Virus record (IMG/VR): IMGVR_UViG_2823261200_000003 | Coordinates: 13,934 to 77,933 of that record | DNA length: 64,000 bases | Strand: one strand, 5' to 3' | Source of the DNA: a virus | Taxonomy: Duplodnaviria > Caudoviricetes | Shown: positions 16,391 to 25,794 of the stretch, in pieces | Layout of the letters: each line of letters opens with the position of its first letter | Numbering within the stretch: position 1 is the first letter of the stretch | Made by a program: the position numbers and the translations under genes | Notes under the pieces: generated by a model | Databases searched by the model: none | What the model was told of the DNA's origin: nothing | What the model saw: only the letters and a program-made list of their open reading frames with translations

Positions 16391-16513
16391 CCTAGCAAGT
16401 TAGGCTTTTTATTTGACAAACCGCCCTACTTCGGATTAAGATAACCGCACTTCCAAGCCGTTTTTTAACGGCTTTTTTTGTACCTTAAAATGATAAAAAA
16501 TAGGAGAGCACTA

Positions 16514-17008
16514 ATGATTACATATCAAGATCTGTGCAAACAGCACCAACAATTCAACCATATTTTGATTGAACGTCGCGCGATATTAAGAGAACAAATT
16601 CGGCAATTACGTTTAGCCTTAGCAATGGATTTAGGGCTAACAGAAAAATATTATAAAAAACAACTTAACGACCCAAGCCCAACAGAACCTTACGTCAGAG
16701 TAACCGATAGCGATGGAGCCCCAACTGAGTCACATCAACTTAAAGCAGAATATGATGAATTACATAATCCAAGCATTACTTTTGGTTTATCTTTAGCGCT
16801 CGAAGAAAGTGCAATAACCTACCCGAAGAAGCCTGTTAGATTGGTTATTACAGCCTATTATCTTTCAGAAAATACCATAAGATTTGTTTTTCCGAATATT
16901 GACGACACACCAGCTTTCGGAATTAATATTGATGATGACAAGCAAAGTAAGTTTTCAGTAGTTATTGAGGCTTATAAACAACTTGTTATGAAAACTTTTA
17001 CAATCTAA
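16514..17008 (+). CDS. Moron hypothetical protein
   Basis: AGGAG RBS; own TTGACA promoter at 16413. Confidence 0.7.
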   Translation: MITYQDLCKQHQQFNHILIERRAILREQIRQLRLALAMDLGLTEKYYKKQLNDPSPTEPYVRVTDSDGAPTESHQLKAEYDELHNPSITFGLSLALEESAITYPKKPVRLVITAYYLSENTIRFVFPNIDDTPAFGINIDDDKQSKFSVVIEAYKQLVMKTFTI

Positions 17009-17109
17009 TTGACAACCACCGCCCTTTAATTTAGGATATCCCCACTTTCAAACGAAAGTCGGGATTGGTCGCACGTTAGCGGCTTTTTTTGTATCTAAAG
17101 GGATAGAAT

Positions 17110-17364
17110 ATGAAAGTGAGCAAAGAAAATCAGGAATGGATTAAACAATACGCCCAAATTCACCAACTCACCGAAGAAGAAGCTGTGAATAAATTAATTG
17201 GTGAAGTGCGTGATACACAAGAAACAGCACGCCAAAATATGCAAAAGGAAATCATTGAAAGACTGCCAAATTTAAATTTTGAACAAATGCGAGAAGTTCG
17301 CCAGCTTATCGAACGACTTTACCCAACATTTTTTCAAGTTTTATCACAAGCATCAAAAAAATAA
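17110..17364 (+). CDS. Moron hypothetical protein (possible RHH-like N-terminus)
   Basis: Behind a TTGACA promoter and a truncated C4-type leader. Confidence 0.65.
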   Translation: MKVSKENQEWIKQYAQIHQLTEEEAVNKLIGEVRDTQETARQNMQKEIIERLPNLNFEQMREVRQLIERLYPTFFQVLSQASKK

Positions 17365-17488
17365 TCCCTAAATCCCACTTTACAAGGTGGGATTTTTATT
17401 TTACTATTCCGCTAACGGTGCTCAACACACCTTGACCAATAGCGGAATGAACCGCATTAAAGTGCGGTATTTTTTTATCCTGATTTTA

Positions 17489-17570
17489 TGATCGGGTGGC
17501 GTTTCGTACATACAATACCGCAAGGAAAAACGAAAGGCTGACTATTGGCAGTGTTGAAGCACCCGATCGC
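17489..17570 (+). ncRNA. C4-type antisense RNA
   Basis: Stem GATCGGGTG/CACCCGATC, GCAA hairpin; CTATTGG and GTGTTGA pair with CCAATAG/TCAACA sites up- and downstream. Confidence 0.85.
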
Positions 17571-17619
17571 CCTATCTCAACAGTAGGGAAATATAAAATA
17601 CCAATAGGATAAAAAAATT

Positions 17620-18312
17620 ATGTCTAATCAAATTCAATTTAATGCTTACAGTTTCAAATCTAATCAAGTTCGTGTAATCACCGATATTCATCAAGAACCT
17701 TGGTTTTGTGCAAATGATGTTTGTGCAATTTTAGAATATGCAAATCCTAGACAAGCAGTTCAAAAAAATTGCAACCCAAAGGGTGTATCTATTAGAGACA
17801 CCCTTACCAAAGGCGGTAAGCAAGAAATGGTTTATATCAACGAACCAAACCTATACCGCCTAATCATCAAATCACGCAAACCAGAGGCAGAACCATTTGA
17901 AGCGTGGGTATTTGAAGAAGTCTTACCGCAGATTAGAAAAACAGGTAAGTACAGTTCAGAACAGCAACAACTCGCCCTGCCTGAACCCGAAAAGAAATAT
18001 CCTTTCGAGCATAGCGAAAAAGAGCTACAAAATTTAGCGTGGGATTGGTTCGCCCTTTTCAAATGTGTGGAATTTACCAAAGACATTGTGCCAGCATTAG
18101 ATGCCATTCAATCCAAATTTGCCCCACAAGCACGGAGTATCGTCTCAGAATATGGCTCAATGCTCCGCCGTCATCAACCACTAATCCAAAAGCTCACCGC
18201 CCAATTTGAAATCGAAACTTGGGGCGATGAAAATTGGAATAGAGTACTGCAGACTATTCGGGATAACGAAATTCTTAACCCAAGAAAACGACTCCCACAC
18301 CACAATTTCTAA
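17620..18312 (+). CDS. Bro-N antirepressor
   Basis: PWFCANDVCAIL, INEPNLYRLIIKSRKPEAEPFEAWVFEEVLPQIRKTG. Confidence 0.9.
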   Translation: MSNQIQFNAYSFKSNQVRVITDIHQEPWFCANDVCAILEYANPRQAVQKNCNPKGVSIRDTLTKGGKQEMVYINEPNLYRLIIKSRKPEAEPFEAWVFEEVLPQIRKTGKYSSEQQQLALPEPEKKYPFEHSEKELQNLAWDWFALFKCVEFTKDIVPALDAIQSKFAPQARSIVSEYGSMLRRHQPLIQKLTAQFEIETWGDENWNRVLQTIRDNEILNPRKRLPHHNF

Positions 18313-18393
18313 AATTTAACCAAAACCGACCGCACTTCCCTGTGAACCGTGTGGCGGTTTTGCTTACCTCAAATTCAGCAAAAAGGTGAAAAT

Positions 18394-18510
18394 ATGTTCA
18401 GAATTTTAATGATTATCGGCTTGTTGTGGTGTGCGTTCGAACTTGATTTGAGGGCTGACTGCGATGGGCATTATTGCGGAACAGCCACAGATTTAATCAC
18501 AAAAAATTAA
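18394..18510 (+). CDS. 38-aa peptide with hydrophobic N-terminus
   Basis: AGGTG RBS; MFRILMIIGLLWCAFELDLRADCDGHYCGTATDLITKN; copy at 63243-63359. Confidence 0.6.
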   Translation: MFRILMIIGLLWCAFELDLRADCDGHYCGTATDLITKN

Positions 18511-18554
18511 CGCAACCCAAGCCTACGTTGTAGGCTTTTTTATTAGGAAACCCT

Positions 18555-19151
18555 ATGGAAAAACTCACCAAATCCAAAGCGAGGGTAAGAGCGTTTGGCG
18601 AGGTGTACACACCTCAAAAACTGGTGCAAAAAATGACCGCACTTTTACCCGAAGAGAGCTTTGAGCCTGAAAAGAAAATTCTCGAACCCAGCTGTGGCAC
18701 GGGGAATTTTTTATATGACATACTCAACCGCAAGCTATGTAAAATCCTCGTAGGTCCAAAGCACCCTTATTACAAAGTGCTGAATATGTATCAAGCACTA
18801 GCGAGCGTGTATGGCGTAGATATTCAACTTGATAACGTGATTGAATGCCAATCTCGCCTCAAATCCCTATTTTACGAACGCCTCGCAATGCTGCACGTTA
18901 AGCCTTTTGACTATTTTGTCGATCACGTCTTAATTAACAACATCAGACTAGGAAACGCCCTTGAGGACGCATTCACCTTTATTGATGTCGAGATCGTTTT
19001 CAAAGATCGTGATATAGGTATTAAGGTAGAGAAAGATAGCTTTTTGCTTAGCGAATATGAATGCCATTTGCAACAGAACACCTCTCAACTCCAAGCCGTG
19101 CGATTGCTGGCATTTGAAGATGAGATAGGGATTACCAGAAATGCAACCTAA
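18555..19151 (+). CDS. DNA amino-methyltransferase-like protein (SAM-binding part only)
   Basis: FGEVYTP, ILEPSCGTGNFL, YGVDI; no NPPY/DPPY motif seen. Confidence 0.75.
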   Translation: MEKLTKSKARVRAFGEVYTPQKLVQKMTALLPEESFEPEKKILEPSCGTGNFLYDILNRKLCKILVGPKHPYYKVLNMYQALASVYGVDIQLDNVIECQSRLKSLFYERLAMLHVKPFDYFVDHVLINNIRLGNALEDAFTFIDVEIVFKDRDIGIKVEKDSFLLSEYECHLQQNTSQLQAVRLLAFEDEIGITRNAT

Positions 19152-19181
19152 GGCTAAAAAGCCTATTTTATTGGAGGGAAT

Positions 19182-19490
19182 ATGGAAGAAACCCTAACAA
19201 TTTCAGAGGTCGCCAGTAAACTCAAAATGAGCTATGGAGCAGTTTATGCTCATCGCTTTCATTGGGGATTTTTTCAAATGGAAGGATCACGGGTATGGCG
19301 AGTCAGTAAAACAACGCTTGATCAAAAACGGCAAAAAACGCACAATGTTTGCCGATTAGACGATCAGGTCGGCGATAAGGAGAAATTATGCCGATCAGAA
19401 AAAATGAATTCGGTGTATGGCAGATCGATATTACCACACCGAGCGGCCAGAGAATTAGACGCTCTGCTCAAACAACTAAAAAACAATTAG
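19182..19490 (+). CDS. xis: Excisionase-like protein
   Basis: LTISEVASKLKMSYGAVY...WRV winged HTH, overlaps int. Confidence 0.7.
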   Translation: MEETLTISEVASKLKMSYGAVYAHRFHWGFFQMEGSRVWRVSKTTLDQKRQKTHNVCRLDDQVGDKEKLCRSEKMNSVYGRSILPHRAARELDALLKQLKNN

Positions 19491-20479
19491 CCCAAGAGCT
19501 ACACGACAAGCTAAAACACGAATATTGGCAAGTCGAACAGCTCAATAAAAAGCCTGAAAGAACCATCGAAGAAGCCCTTGTGCGGTTTCTTGAGTCGTCA
19601 AAAGGGCAAAAAAATCTCAATGCAAAAATCCGCCATACGGAATATTGGCGATCTGTGCTGGCAGGGCGAACGCTTAGCTCTTTAACAACTGATGATATTG
19701 TCAATAATCTCCCCACCCACAAAATCAGTACGGGAGAAAAGCTATCATTATCCACACAAAACCGCTACCGTAGCTCTATAATGCGAGTGTTATCGCTTGC
19801 ACAAAAAGCAGGTTGGATCGACCATATCCCTTATGTACCACGCAATGCAGAGCCAAAAGTTAGGGTAAGATGGATCACACAAACGCAAGCCCTGAACTTG
19901 ATCAACGCATTGCAATTAGAGTGGATGAAAGACGTTTGCACTTTTGCATTAGCAACAGGAGCAAGAATGACCGAAATTTTATCGCTGACCTGGGATAAAA
20001 TCGATCTTTCTCGCAATATTGCCATTGTCAGTAGCGATGTTGCCAAATCAGGGCGTGCAAGATCCTTATTGCTCGGCAAAGATGCCTTAGCCGTAATCGA
20101 AAAACGGCAATCCCAACGCCTCTCTCGTTATGTGTTCCACCGTGGACGAGATAAGCAAATCAAAGAAATTAGCTATCCTGATTTTAATCAGGCACTTAAA
20201 AAGTGCAACATCAGTGATTTTCGATTTCACGATTTACGCCACACTTGGGCAAGTTGGCACGTTCAAAATGGCACACCATTGATGGTTTTAAAAGAGCTAG
20301 GCGGTTGGGAAACGCTTGAGATGGTAAAACGCTATGCCCATCTTAATGCCGACCATTTACTGAGCTACGCAAATCACGTCAAACTTACGTCAAAGTGCAT
20401 TTTAGACACTACAAAACTTGACGCTGAGAATGATATTTTGGACTGGGAGCCAGAAAAGAAAAAAGCCGTAAGTTACTGA
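19388..20479 (+). CDS. int: Tyrosine integrase
   Basis: TGAR, FHDLRHTWAS, LGGW, RYAH catalytic motifs. Confidence 0.97.
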   Translation: MPIRKNEFGVWQIDITTPSGQRIRRSAQTTKKQLAQELHDKLKHEYWQVEQLNKKPERTIEEALVRFLESSKGQKNLNAKIRHTEYWRSVLAGRTLSSLTTDDIVNNLPTHKISTGEKLSLSTQNRYRSSIMRVLSLAQKAGWIDHIPYVPRNAEPKVRVRWITQTQALNLINALQLEWMKDVCTFALATGARMTEILSLTWDKIDLSRNIAIVSSDVAKSGRARSLLLGKDALAVIEKRQSQRLSRYVFHRGRDKQIKEISYPDFNQALKKCNISDFRFHDLRHTWASWHVQNGTPLMVLKELGGWETLEMVKRYAHLNADHLLSYANHVKLTSKCILDTTKLDAENDILDWEPEKKKAVSY

Positions 20480-20519
20480 TTTGAAAGGCTTAACTTACGA
20501 CTTAATACTAAATCCTTAA

Positions 20520-20577
20520 TGGTGCCCGAGGGCGGACTTGAACCGCCACGACTCGAAAGTCGAGGGATTTTAAATCC
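20520..20577 (-). other. attP-like junction: 3' half of tRNA-Leu(TAA)
   Basis: GGATTTAAAATCC anticodon arm, long variable arm, T arm GGCGG-TTCAAGT-CCGCC and CCA, but no 5' half; arm-type repeats CGTCAAA(C/T)TTACGTCAAA at 20377 and 20696. Confidence 0.9.
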
Positions 20578-20816
20578 TATCCATTATAAATACTTATAAA
20601 CAATAATCACTAATAAAATCAATGATCTAATCGTCTAATCATTATAATTTTATCTCATCAAATTATCAGTATTTCCCACCTTTTTATATCTATTTCGTCA
20701 AATTTACGTCAAACTAAAACCCCTTCTCCACACAACATTCTTTTCTCGTTATATTTAACATTACTTAAACAAAAAAAACGAGAGCCATCGCCCTCGTTTT
20801 ATTCCCAGCTTAGGTT

Positions 20817-21089
20817 TCAGTGATGAGCGGTAAAATCCTCCGGATATTGCCTGCGTTTCACCTCGCTTTCATAGGCGGTTTTGCAATGGTCTTTGTCGAA
20901 AAACAGCCCATTTACCAGCCGAAACCAAAACCGCCAGCGGGCTTTGGGCTTGCTCTCTAACACGGCTCGGCGGTAACAACGGCTGGAAAAGGTTTCATCT
21001 GCCCCACCGCCCGTTAAGGCGTTGCAAAGTTGGTCGAGGGCAATCAAAACGTGATAGCCCCACGTTTTAAATGGATTTTTCTTGCTCAT
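20817..21089 (-). CDS. Conserved phage protein at the tail end
   Basis: IALDQLCNALTGGGADETFSSR...HC motif. Confidence 0.75.
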   Translation of the reverse strand: MSKKNPFKTWGYHVLIALDQLCNALTGGGADETFSSRCYRRAVLESKPKARWRFWFRLVNGLFFDKDHCKTAYESEVKRRQYPEDFTAHH

Positions 21090-21720
21090 TTTGGTATTCC
21101 TCATAGGTTTGCGACCAGCCGATTGACCAGTCATATTCAAGCGGATTTTCCGCTTGTTCTAACAAAATTTTGTGCATATAGGCGTTTTCAAACATTTTTT
21201 CTTTGAGCGTTTTCGCCGCGTTCCACACCGCTTTGAATTTGTCAAAATCTAACGGTTGAGCGGTGTTATCCGCACAAATCAGGGTGAAAATACGTGGCTC
21301 GCCGTTTTCTTCCGTTTTGCCGTTTAAGTCAAAATCCGCTTTGATTTCAACCAACGTGGCACGCCCTTTTTCGTCCGTGTCCACCCATTTTTCGATTGCT
21401 GGCACGTAAACACCGCCGTTTACGCACGTATCGCGTCTGGCATTAATTTGATTGCGGATTTGGGCACGTTGTTGAGTGAGTAGCTCGGCTTGTTTTGACT
21501 CATCAAGCACCCATTCCGTGCCTTGCAATCTGTGATATGGGCTGGGTTGTGGCTCAACAAGCATCGGATAACCTTGCTCGTTGGCTACGATTTGCTTGCC
21601 TTGCGATTGCCCCTCCAGCAACGTGCGGTAGGTTTCGTCGCTGATTTTTACCGCACCTTCAGGTGCTTGTGTTAAATCTAGGTAAAATCCCGCTTTGTAA
21701 TACATTGTCATTATTTCCAT
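21067..21720 (-). CDS. Tail fibre assembly protein (DUF4376-like)
   Basis: LLEGQSQGKQIVANEQGYP chaperone motif; follows the fibre gene. Confidence 0.8.
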   Translation of the reverse strand: MEIMTMYYKAGFYLDLTQAPEGAVKISDETYRTLLEGQSQGKQIVANEQGYPMLVEPQPSPYHRLQGTEWVLDESKQAELLTQQRAQIRNQINARRDTCVNGGVYVPAIEKWVDTDEKGRATLVEIKADFDLNGKTEENGEPRIFTLICADNTAQPLDFDKFKAVWNAAKTLKEKMFENAYMHKILLEQAENPLEYDWSIGWSQTYEEYQNEQEKSI

Positions 21721-23036
21721 CTCCCGATTGCTAAAAATTGTATGCGAACATTGCCTTGATTAGAGCCACCGTGCTCATACTCGTGATAATAACAAGTTGC
21801 ATTATTAGATTTTGTTAATATATTTACATCTGCATCGTGAGAACCTCCGATAGAAGTTGTTACCTTTGAAAAAATTAATGGTGTATCAACAAAAGCTATA
21901 GCCCAGTTAAATGATTTTTCAAACCATTCATACAAATCATTCTGCCTGATTGTATAAGTTTGTATCATTGTCCCATCGGGATATTTCCTAATCTGGAAAT
22001 TGCCAATTTTTTGATAAGTGATGAGACTTTGGATTTTCTCGTCAACCCAACCCTGATACGCGACTGTTTCGTTTTTATCTACTCGGGGGAAAGCAACATA
22101 ACGAGTATCCCCATTAGCAAAGCGATACATAAAGTTAAAGCGCGGATCATCTTTAGATGCAGGATTAACTTCCCATCGCCAATAACCGCCATCGGGTAGG
22201 GTGGCGCGGACACGCTCCCATCTGTTGCCAGTAATATTAATAAGACCTGTTGCAGTGAGATTTGGTGCGGTAACATTGCCCGTAAACGTCCCGCCAAGTT
22301 CGGTCATAATGCGCTTTTGGCCAAGGTGATTGCCATTGGCGTCAAAGGCTGTTGTAAAGATATCCCAAGCAGTATTGCCCGTTAAGCTACCATAAGCAAA
22401 GCAAATCCCCCTTGCGTGAGCATTGGTGCTGTAGTGTGGGTGGGTAATGTGCATCATCAACCCATTGAGCGGGAGATTATTAAGTCTATCGCCATTAGGG
22501 CGGTAAAAGCCGCTGTAGGTATAGCCATTAGCCTTGGTGTAGTCGATGGTCTTCAAAAATGCCTCGCCACCAACCTTATCTAGCTTGATGCCGTTAAGGT
22601 CATACACTGCCTTACTTGTGGCTACGGTGTCTTCACTTTCACTGTTGGTGGCACTGGATTTTTGATTGGTACGAATAAATTCGTTAATTTCATCCAGATC
22701 GATTGCCCAGCGTTTCCATTTATCTGTATCAGCGGTATTAGGTGGACTATTTTTGTTTTGCATTAAGGCACGATAGGTTTTGCCTTGATGTTGTACATAT
22801 GCTCCTTTCGGGTAATCTAAGGTTGCTGACCATTCAGGCAAGCCTCGTTGTAAATGGTAAAGTAGATTTTCGTCAATGCGTTTGAACAGGAAGTTAAACC
22901 ATTCCATAGGTGGAATACCTTCTGTTTGTTCAAAAGTGATCCCCCATCCTCTTAACATATCAGGAAAGTTATCGATCTCGTTTCGTTTAGCTTGGCTTGC
23001 GAAGATCTGTTCGTCAGGTTTATTGGCAATGCTCAT
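21711..23036 (-). CDS. Tail fibre protein
   Basis: Follows baseplate genes; PPMEWFN N-terminus, VATSKAV fibre motif, KYPDGTMIQ tip. Confidence 0.85.
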   Translation of the reverse strand: MSIANKPDEQIFASQAKRNEIDNFPDMLRGWGITFEQTEGIPPMEWFNFLFKRIDENLLYHLQRGLPEWSATLDYPKGAYVQHQGKTYRALMQNKNSPPNTADTDKWKRWAIDLDEINEFIRTNQKSSATNSESEDTVATSKAVYDLNGIKLDKVGGEAFLKTIDYTKANGYTYSGFYRPNGDRLNNLPLNGLMMHITHPHYSTNAHARGICFAYGSLTGNTAWDIFTTAFDANGNHLGQKRIMTELGGTFTGNVTAPNLTATGLINITGNRWERVRATLPDGGYWRWEVNPASKDDPRFNFMYRFANGDTRYVAFPRVDKNETVAYQGWVDEKIQSLITYQKIGNFQIRKYPDGTMIQTYTIRQNDLYEWFEKSFNWAIAFVDTPLIFSKVTTSIGGSHDADVNILTKSNNATCYYHEYEHGGSNQGNVRIQFLAIGRWK

Positions 23037-23040
23037 TGCT

Positions 23041-23619
23041 TTACTCCGTTAATTGATAGTGAAATTTTACGCCCGCTTGTCTTGGGAGGATGTCTAAATG
23101 CTCAATGGCAAACTTCTTAAAATCCGTCATTTTATGTCGTGGAATATCAATAGATACGCTCATATCATAGTTATCCATAACCTGACATTTCACCCCAAAA
23201 ACAAACTGGCACGCGTCGATAAGGTTCGCTACCGTGCCAGTTTGATAATTTCTTAAAATTCGGCATTTAATTAAAAAGCGGTAATCGTCATCGCTAAGCC
23301 TCACCGCGTCTCTTAACGGGTCACGCTTGCGGTACCACTGTCCGCCCCCTTGCCATCGTCGTTTAAACGGCATTGCCAAAGGCGAACCACGAAAGCCAAA
23401 AAACTTACGCAACTGGTAGCCATTAATCACGCGAGGTTGCCCTACGTGTTTACCAACCAAGTCAAGATTAGCTCCTGTTGCCGTTTCAATGTCCATCACC
23501 TCAGGCAAGCGTGATAAATCGACAAATCCTTGAGCAATCTCTTGTTCAAAAAGCTTGATGGTGGCAAGGGCTTTAGGTTTATGGCGATATTGCCAGATGA
23601 GTAATTTGTGATAGTGCAT
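23041..23619 (-). CDS. Baseplate wedge protein (DUF2612-like)
   Basis: LIWQY, LDLVGKHVG, LSDDDYR, PRQAGV. Confidence 0.8.
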   Translation of the reverse strand: MHYHKLLIWQYRHKPKALATIKLFEQEIAQGFVDLSRLPEVMDIETATGANLDLVGKHVGQPRVINGYQLRKFFGFRGSPLAMPFKRRWQGGGQWYRKRDPLRDAVRLSDDDYRFLIKCRILRNYQTGTVANLIDACQFVFGVKCQVMDNYDMSVSIDIPRHKMTDFKKFAIEHLDILPRQAGVKFHYQLTE

Positions 23620-24749
23620 TATTCCACCTCAATGGTGATGTCTGAGGATAAAATGCGGGCAATTTCTCGTGGCTGAATAGGGATGTTTTCTGCCTGTTTT
23701 GTTTGCCCTTTACGAGCGATTTTGAGGGATTTTACCCAGAACCCGCCGATAGTGTTAATCGGTGAATAAAGCCTTGATAGCGAGATGGATTGCCCGATAG
23801 CAAAGGTTAATGCAGATAGTACTTTTTTAATCCCCTCTTTATCTATTTCAGTGAAGTCCTCGTAGCGTACCGCTGTGATAGCAATTTCAATATCTACCGG
23901 CACTGCACGATCGAAATAAACCGTTTGCCTTTCAAACTCAACCGCTGTGTTGCCTTGCAACCCTACCCCCGCTCCTTTATTGTGATAAATCACCTTGGCA
24001 ATATCGCGATCAAGTCCGCCATCAACAATGACGTTAATACTGTGTGGATTAACGCCTTTCTTGTCTATGGAAGCGGTATTATTCTCTAGCACCACAACCT
24101 GTTTCACATCATTGAGTTCGCTGATTTTCGCTTCTATTGCCAATACGGAATTTATCGCGTTTCTTGCTCGGCTTAGAAAAAAGCGGTGGCGTAGTTCGGC
24201 ATCGGTTTCCTCTTCTGTGCCTAGCTGGCTTGTTTCACTTGTTGTGGCAGTGGCGAGACCTAAGGTTACGGTTTCAATCGTTAGCGTTTCACTTTGTGCA
24301 ACACTAAACGCCCCTAATAATTCACTGCGGAAATCTGCACGGGCAGATCCTTCTTGATTAAGTTGCGTATCTTGCACGAGAACCCATCGCCCTTTTTGTG
24401 GATCTGAAACAACTAACCCCGCATAAAGTGTTGTGTAGGGATCGCCGGTTAAAATCACTGAGCGTAAATAGCTGTAACTGGCAGTTCGCCGAATAAGCCC
24501 AGCGTAGGCGACACGCTGATCTAGCCACGCCCCACTGGCAACATCAGGATCGAGCTGTTTATAAATCATTTCTGCGAGTTCTTCGATATCCATTCGCATT
24601 TGAGCCAATATGCCTATCATTTGCCCATCTGGTGTATCGGGAGCGAGATTAATATTTTGTCCGTAAATAGTACGGAAACCATTTTCTAGCCGTTCCACTA
24701 AGGTATCTAACCGCTCAATGGTGATGCCGTTTTCTGTTATTTTTGCCAT
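23619..24749 (-). CDS. Baseplate J-like protein
   Basis: TPDGQMIG, ASGAWLD, EETDAELR, PHSINVIVDGG. Confidence 0.88.
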   Translation of the reverse strand: MAKITENGITIERLDTLVERLENGFRTIYGQNINLAPDTPDGQMIGILAQMRMDIEELAEMIYKQLDPDVASGAWLDQRVAYAGLIRRTASYSYLRSVILTGDPYTTLYAGLVVSDPQKGRWVLVQDTQLNQEGSARADFRSELLGAFSVAQSETLTIETVTLGLATATTSETSQLGTEEETDAELRHRFFLSRARNAINSVLAIEAKISELNDVKQVVVLENNTASIDKKGVNPHSINVIVDGGLDRDIAKVIYHNKGAGVGLQGNTAVEFERQTVYFDRAVPVDIEIAITAVRYEDFTEIDKEGIKKVLSALTFAIGQSISLSRLYSPINTIGGFWVKSLKIARKGQTKQAENIPIQPREIARILSSDITIEVE

Positions 24750-24799
24750 AGATTATCCTTATTTTCGTGTATCGCGATGCTTTACATTTTTATTTAGCC

Positions 24800-25150
24800 T
24801 TAATAACTCACGCGATGTTCTAGACCGTAGATATCTAAATAATTAATTGAGAGAGTAAGTTTTCTCGTATTGGGGTCAAAACGCGATTGATAATGAGTAA
24901 TTTGTTTTACCCCTTCGGTTTCAAGCACTTGTTTTTTCACTTGCATTTCTAGCTCACTCAGATCTACCGCCCGCCCCATTTTCTCAATCCAAGGCAAGCC
25001 GTGATCTAAGTCTAAAAACCAATCATTTGCGAATGACCAAAGACGGCATTGCACATTTTGTGCTATGCCCTCAGAATGATCGGCATAATTGGCTCTGCCT
25101 TGTCCAAAGGTCCAGTCGTGATTGTGATCTAATCGTCGTACTTTTATCAT
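24800..25150 (-). CDS. Baseplate wedge (gp25/W-like) protein
   Basis: RRLDHNHDWTFG, DWFLDLDHGLPW. Confidence 0.75.
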   Translation of the reverse strand: MIKVRRLDHNHDWTFGQGRANYADHSEGIAQNVQCRLWSFANDWFLDLDHGLPWIEKMGRAVDLSELEMQVKKQVLETEGVKQITHYQSRFDPNTRKLTLSINYLDIYGLEHRVSY

Positions 25151-25794
25151 TTTGGCTGTCCTGTTGTTCCCCCACTATCGCCGCTATGGGTGTGAGATTT
25201 GCCTGATACCCCGCCTGCAATCACATCAGTTTGTCCCGTCAGCGTTCCTGTTGTTGTGGTGTTGCCTATCTGCTGTGTATTACCATTGTGCGTAATATCG
25301 CCCTTAATGGTAATGCTTCCCTCTACCATACGGATAAAGGTGTTACCACTCAATGTTTGAAGCGATAACCCTGCCGCAAAAAAATTTTTAACACATTGCG
25401 GTTGCGAACAAATACCTGGAATAAACATCGCGTCAGAGAGATCGTGAAAACGGTGATCTAACGGCTCGCTGGCGTTACCTGATTGCCACCAGCCATCAAT
25501 ACAACGTTCACTAAAAATAGCGATCCCTTCATCACCTGCACGCAACGGAAATGTTATGGCAAAGCCTCCCCCGCGTGGATAGCAGATCGGTACGTCCATT
25601 AAAGGAGGAATAGCAATACTTTTCCCATCAACTAACACCTGCTTAATTTGCACCGCAAGGCTCACCGTTTGCTTGGTCGGATGAAAATGTATAACTTTGG
25701 CGGGCAATGCCGTATGTAATTGTCGTAAGGTGTTTTGAATTTGAATATCTGTCGCACTTTCAGGTGTTGCGGTTTGATATTGGAAATCAGTCAT
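25147..25794 (-). CDS. Gp138-like central spike
   Basis: PRGGGFAITFP, RFHDLSD, C-terminal HTH metal-binding apex. Confidence 0.85.
   Translation of the reverse strand: MTDFQYQTATPESATDIQIQNTLRQLHTALPAKVIHFHPTKQTVSLAVQIKQVLVDGKSIAIPPLMDVPICYPRGGGFAITFPLRAGDEGIAIFSERCIDGWWQSGNASEPLDHRFHDLSDAMFIPGICSQPQCVKNFFAAGLSLQTLSGNTFIRMVEGSITIKGDITHNGNTQQIGNTTTTGTLTGQTDVIAGGVSGKSHTHSGDSGGTTGQPK

Larger units (their letters stand above)
1..20577. mobile_element. Prophage A (lambdoid, left part outside window): replication, immunity, early genes, xis/int
   Basis: Contiguous phage genes in lambdoid order ending in a tyrosine integrase next to a tRNA-Leu 3' fragment. Confidence 0.95.

Noticed and set aside
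20520-20577. Complete tRNA-Leu gene
   Set aside because: The 5' acceptor strand and D arm are missing; it is an att remnant
21067-23036. Invertible tail-fibre (shufflon/Gin-type) system
   Set aside because: No invertase, no second fibre tip and no flanking inverted crossover sites seen
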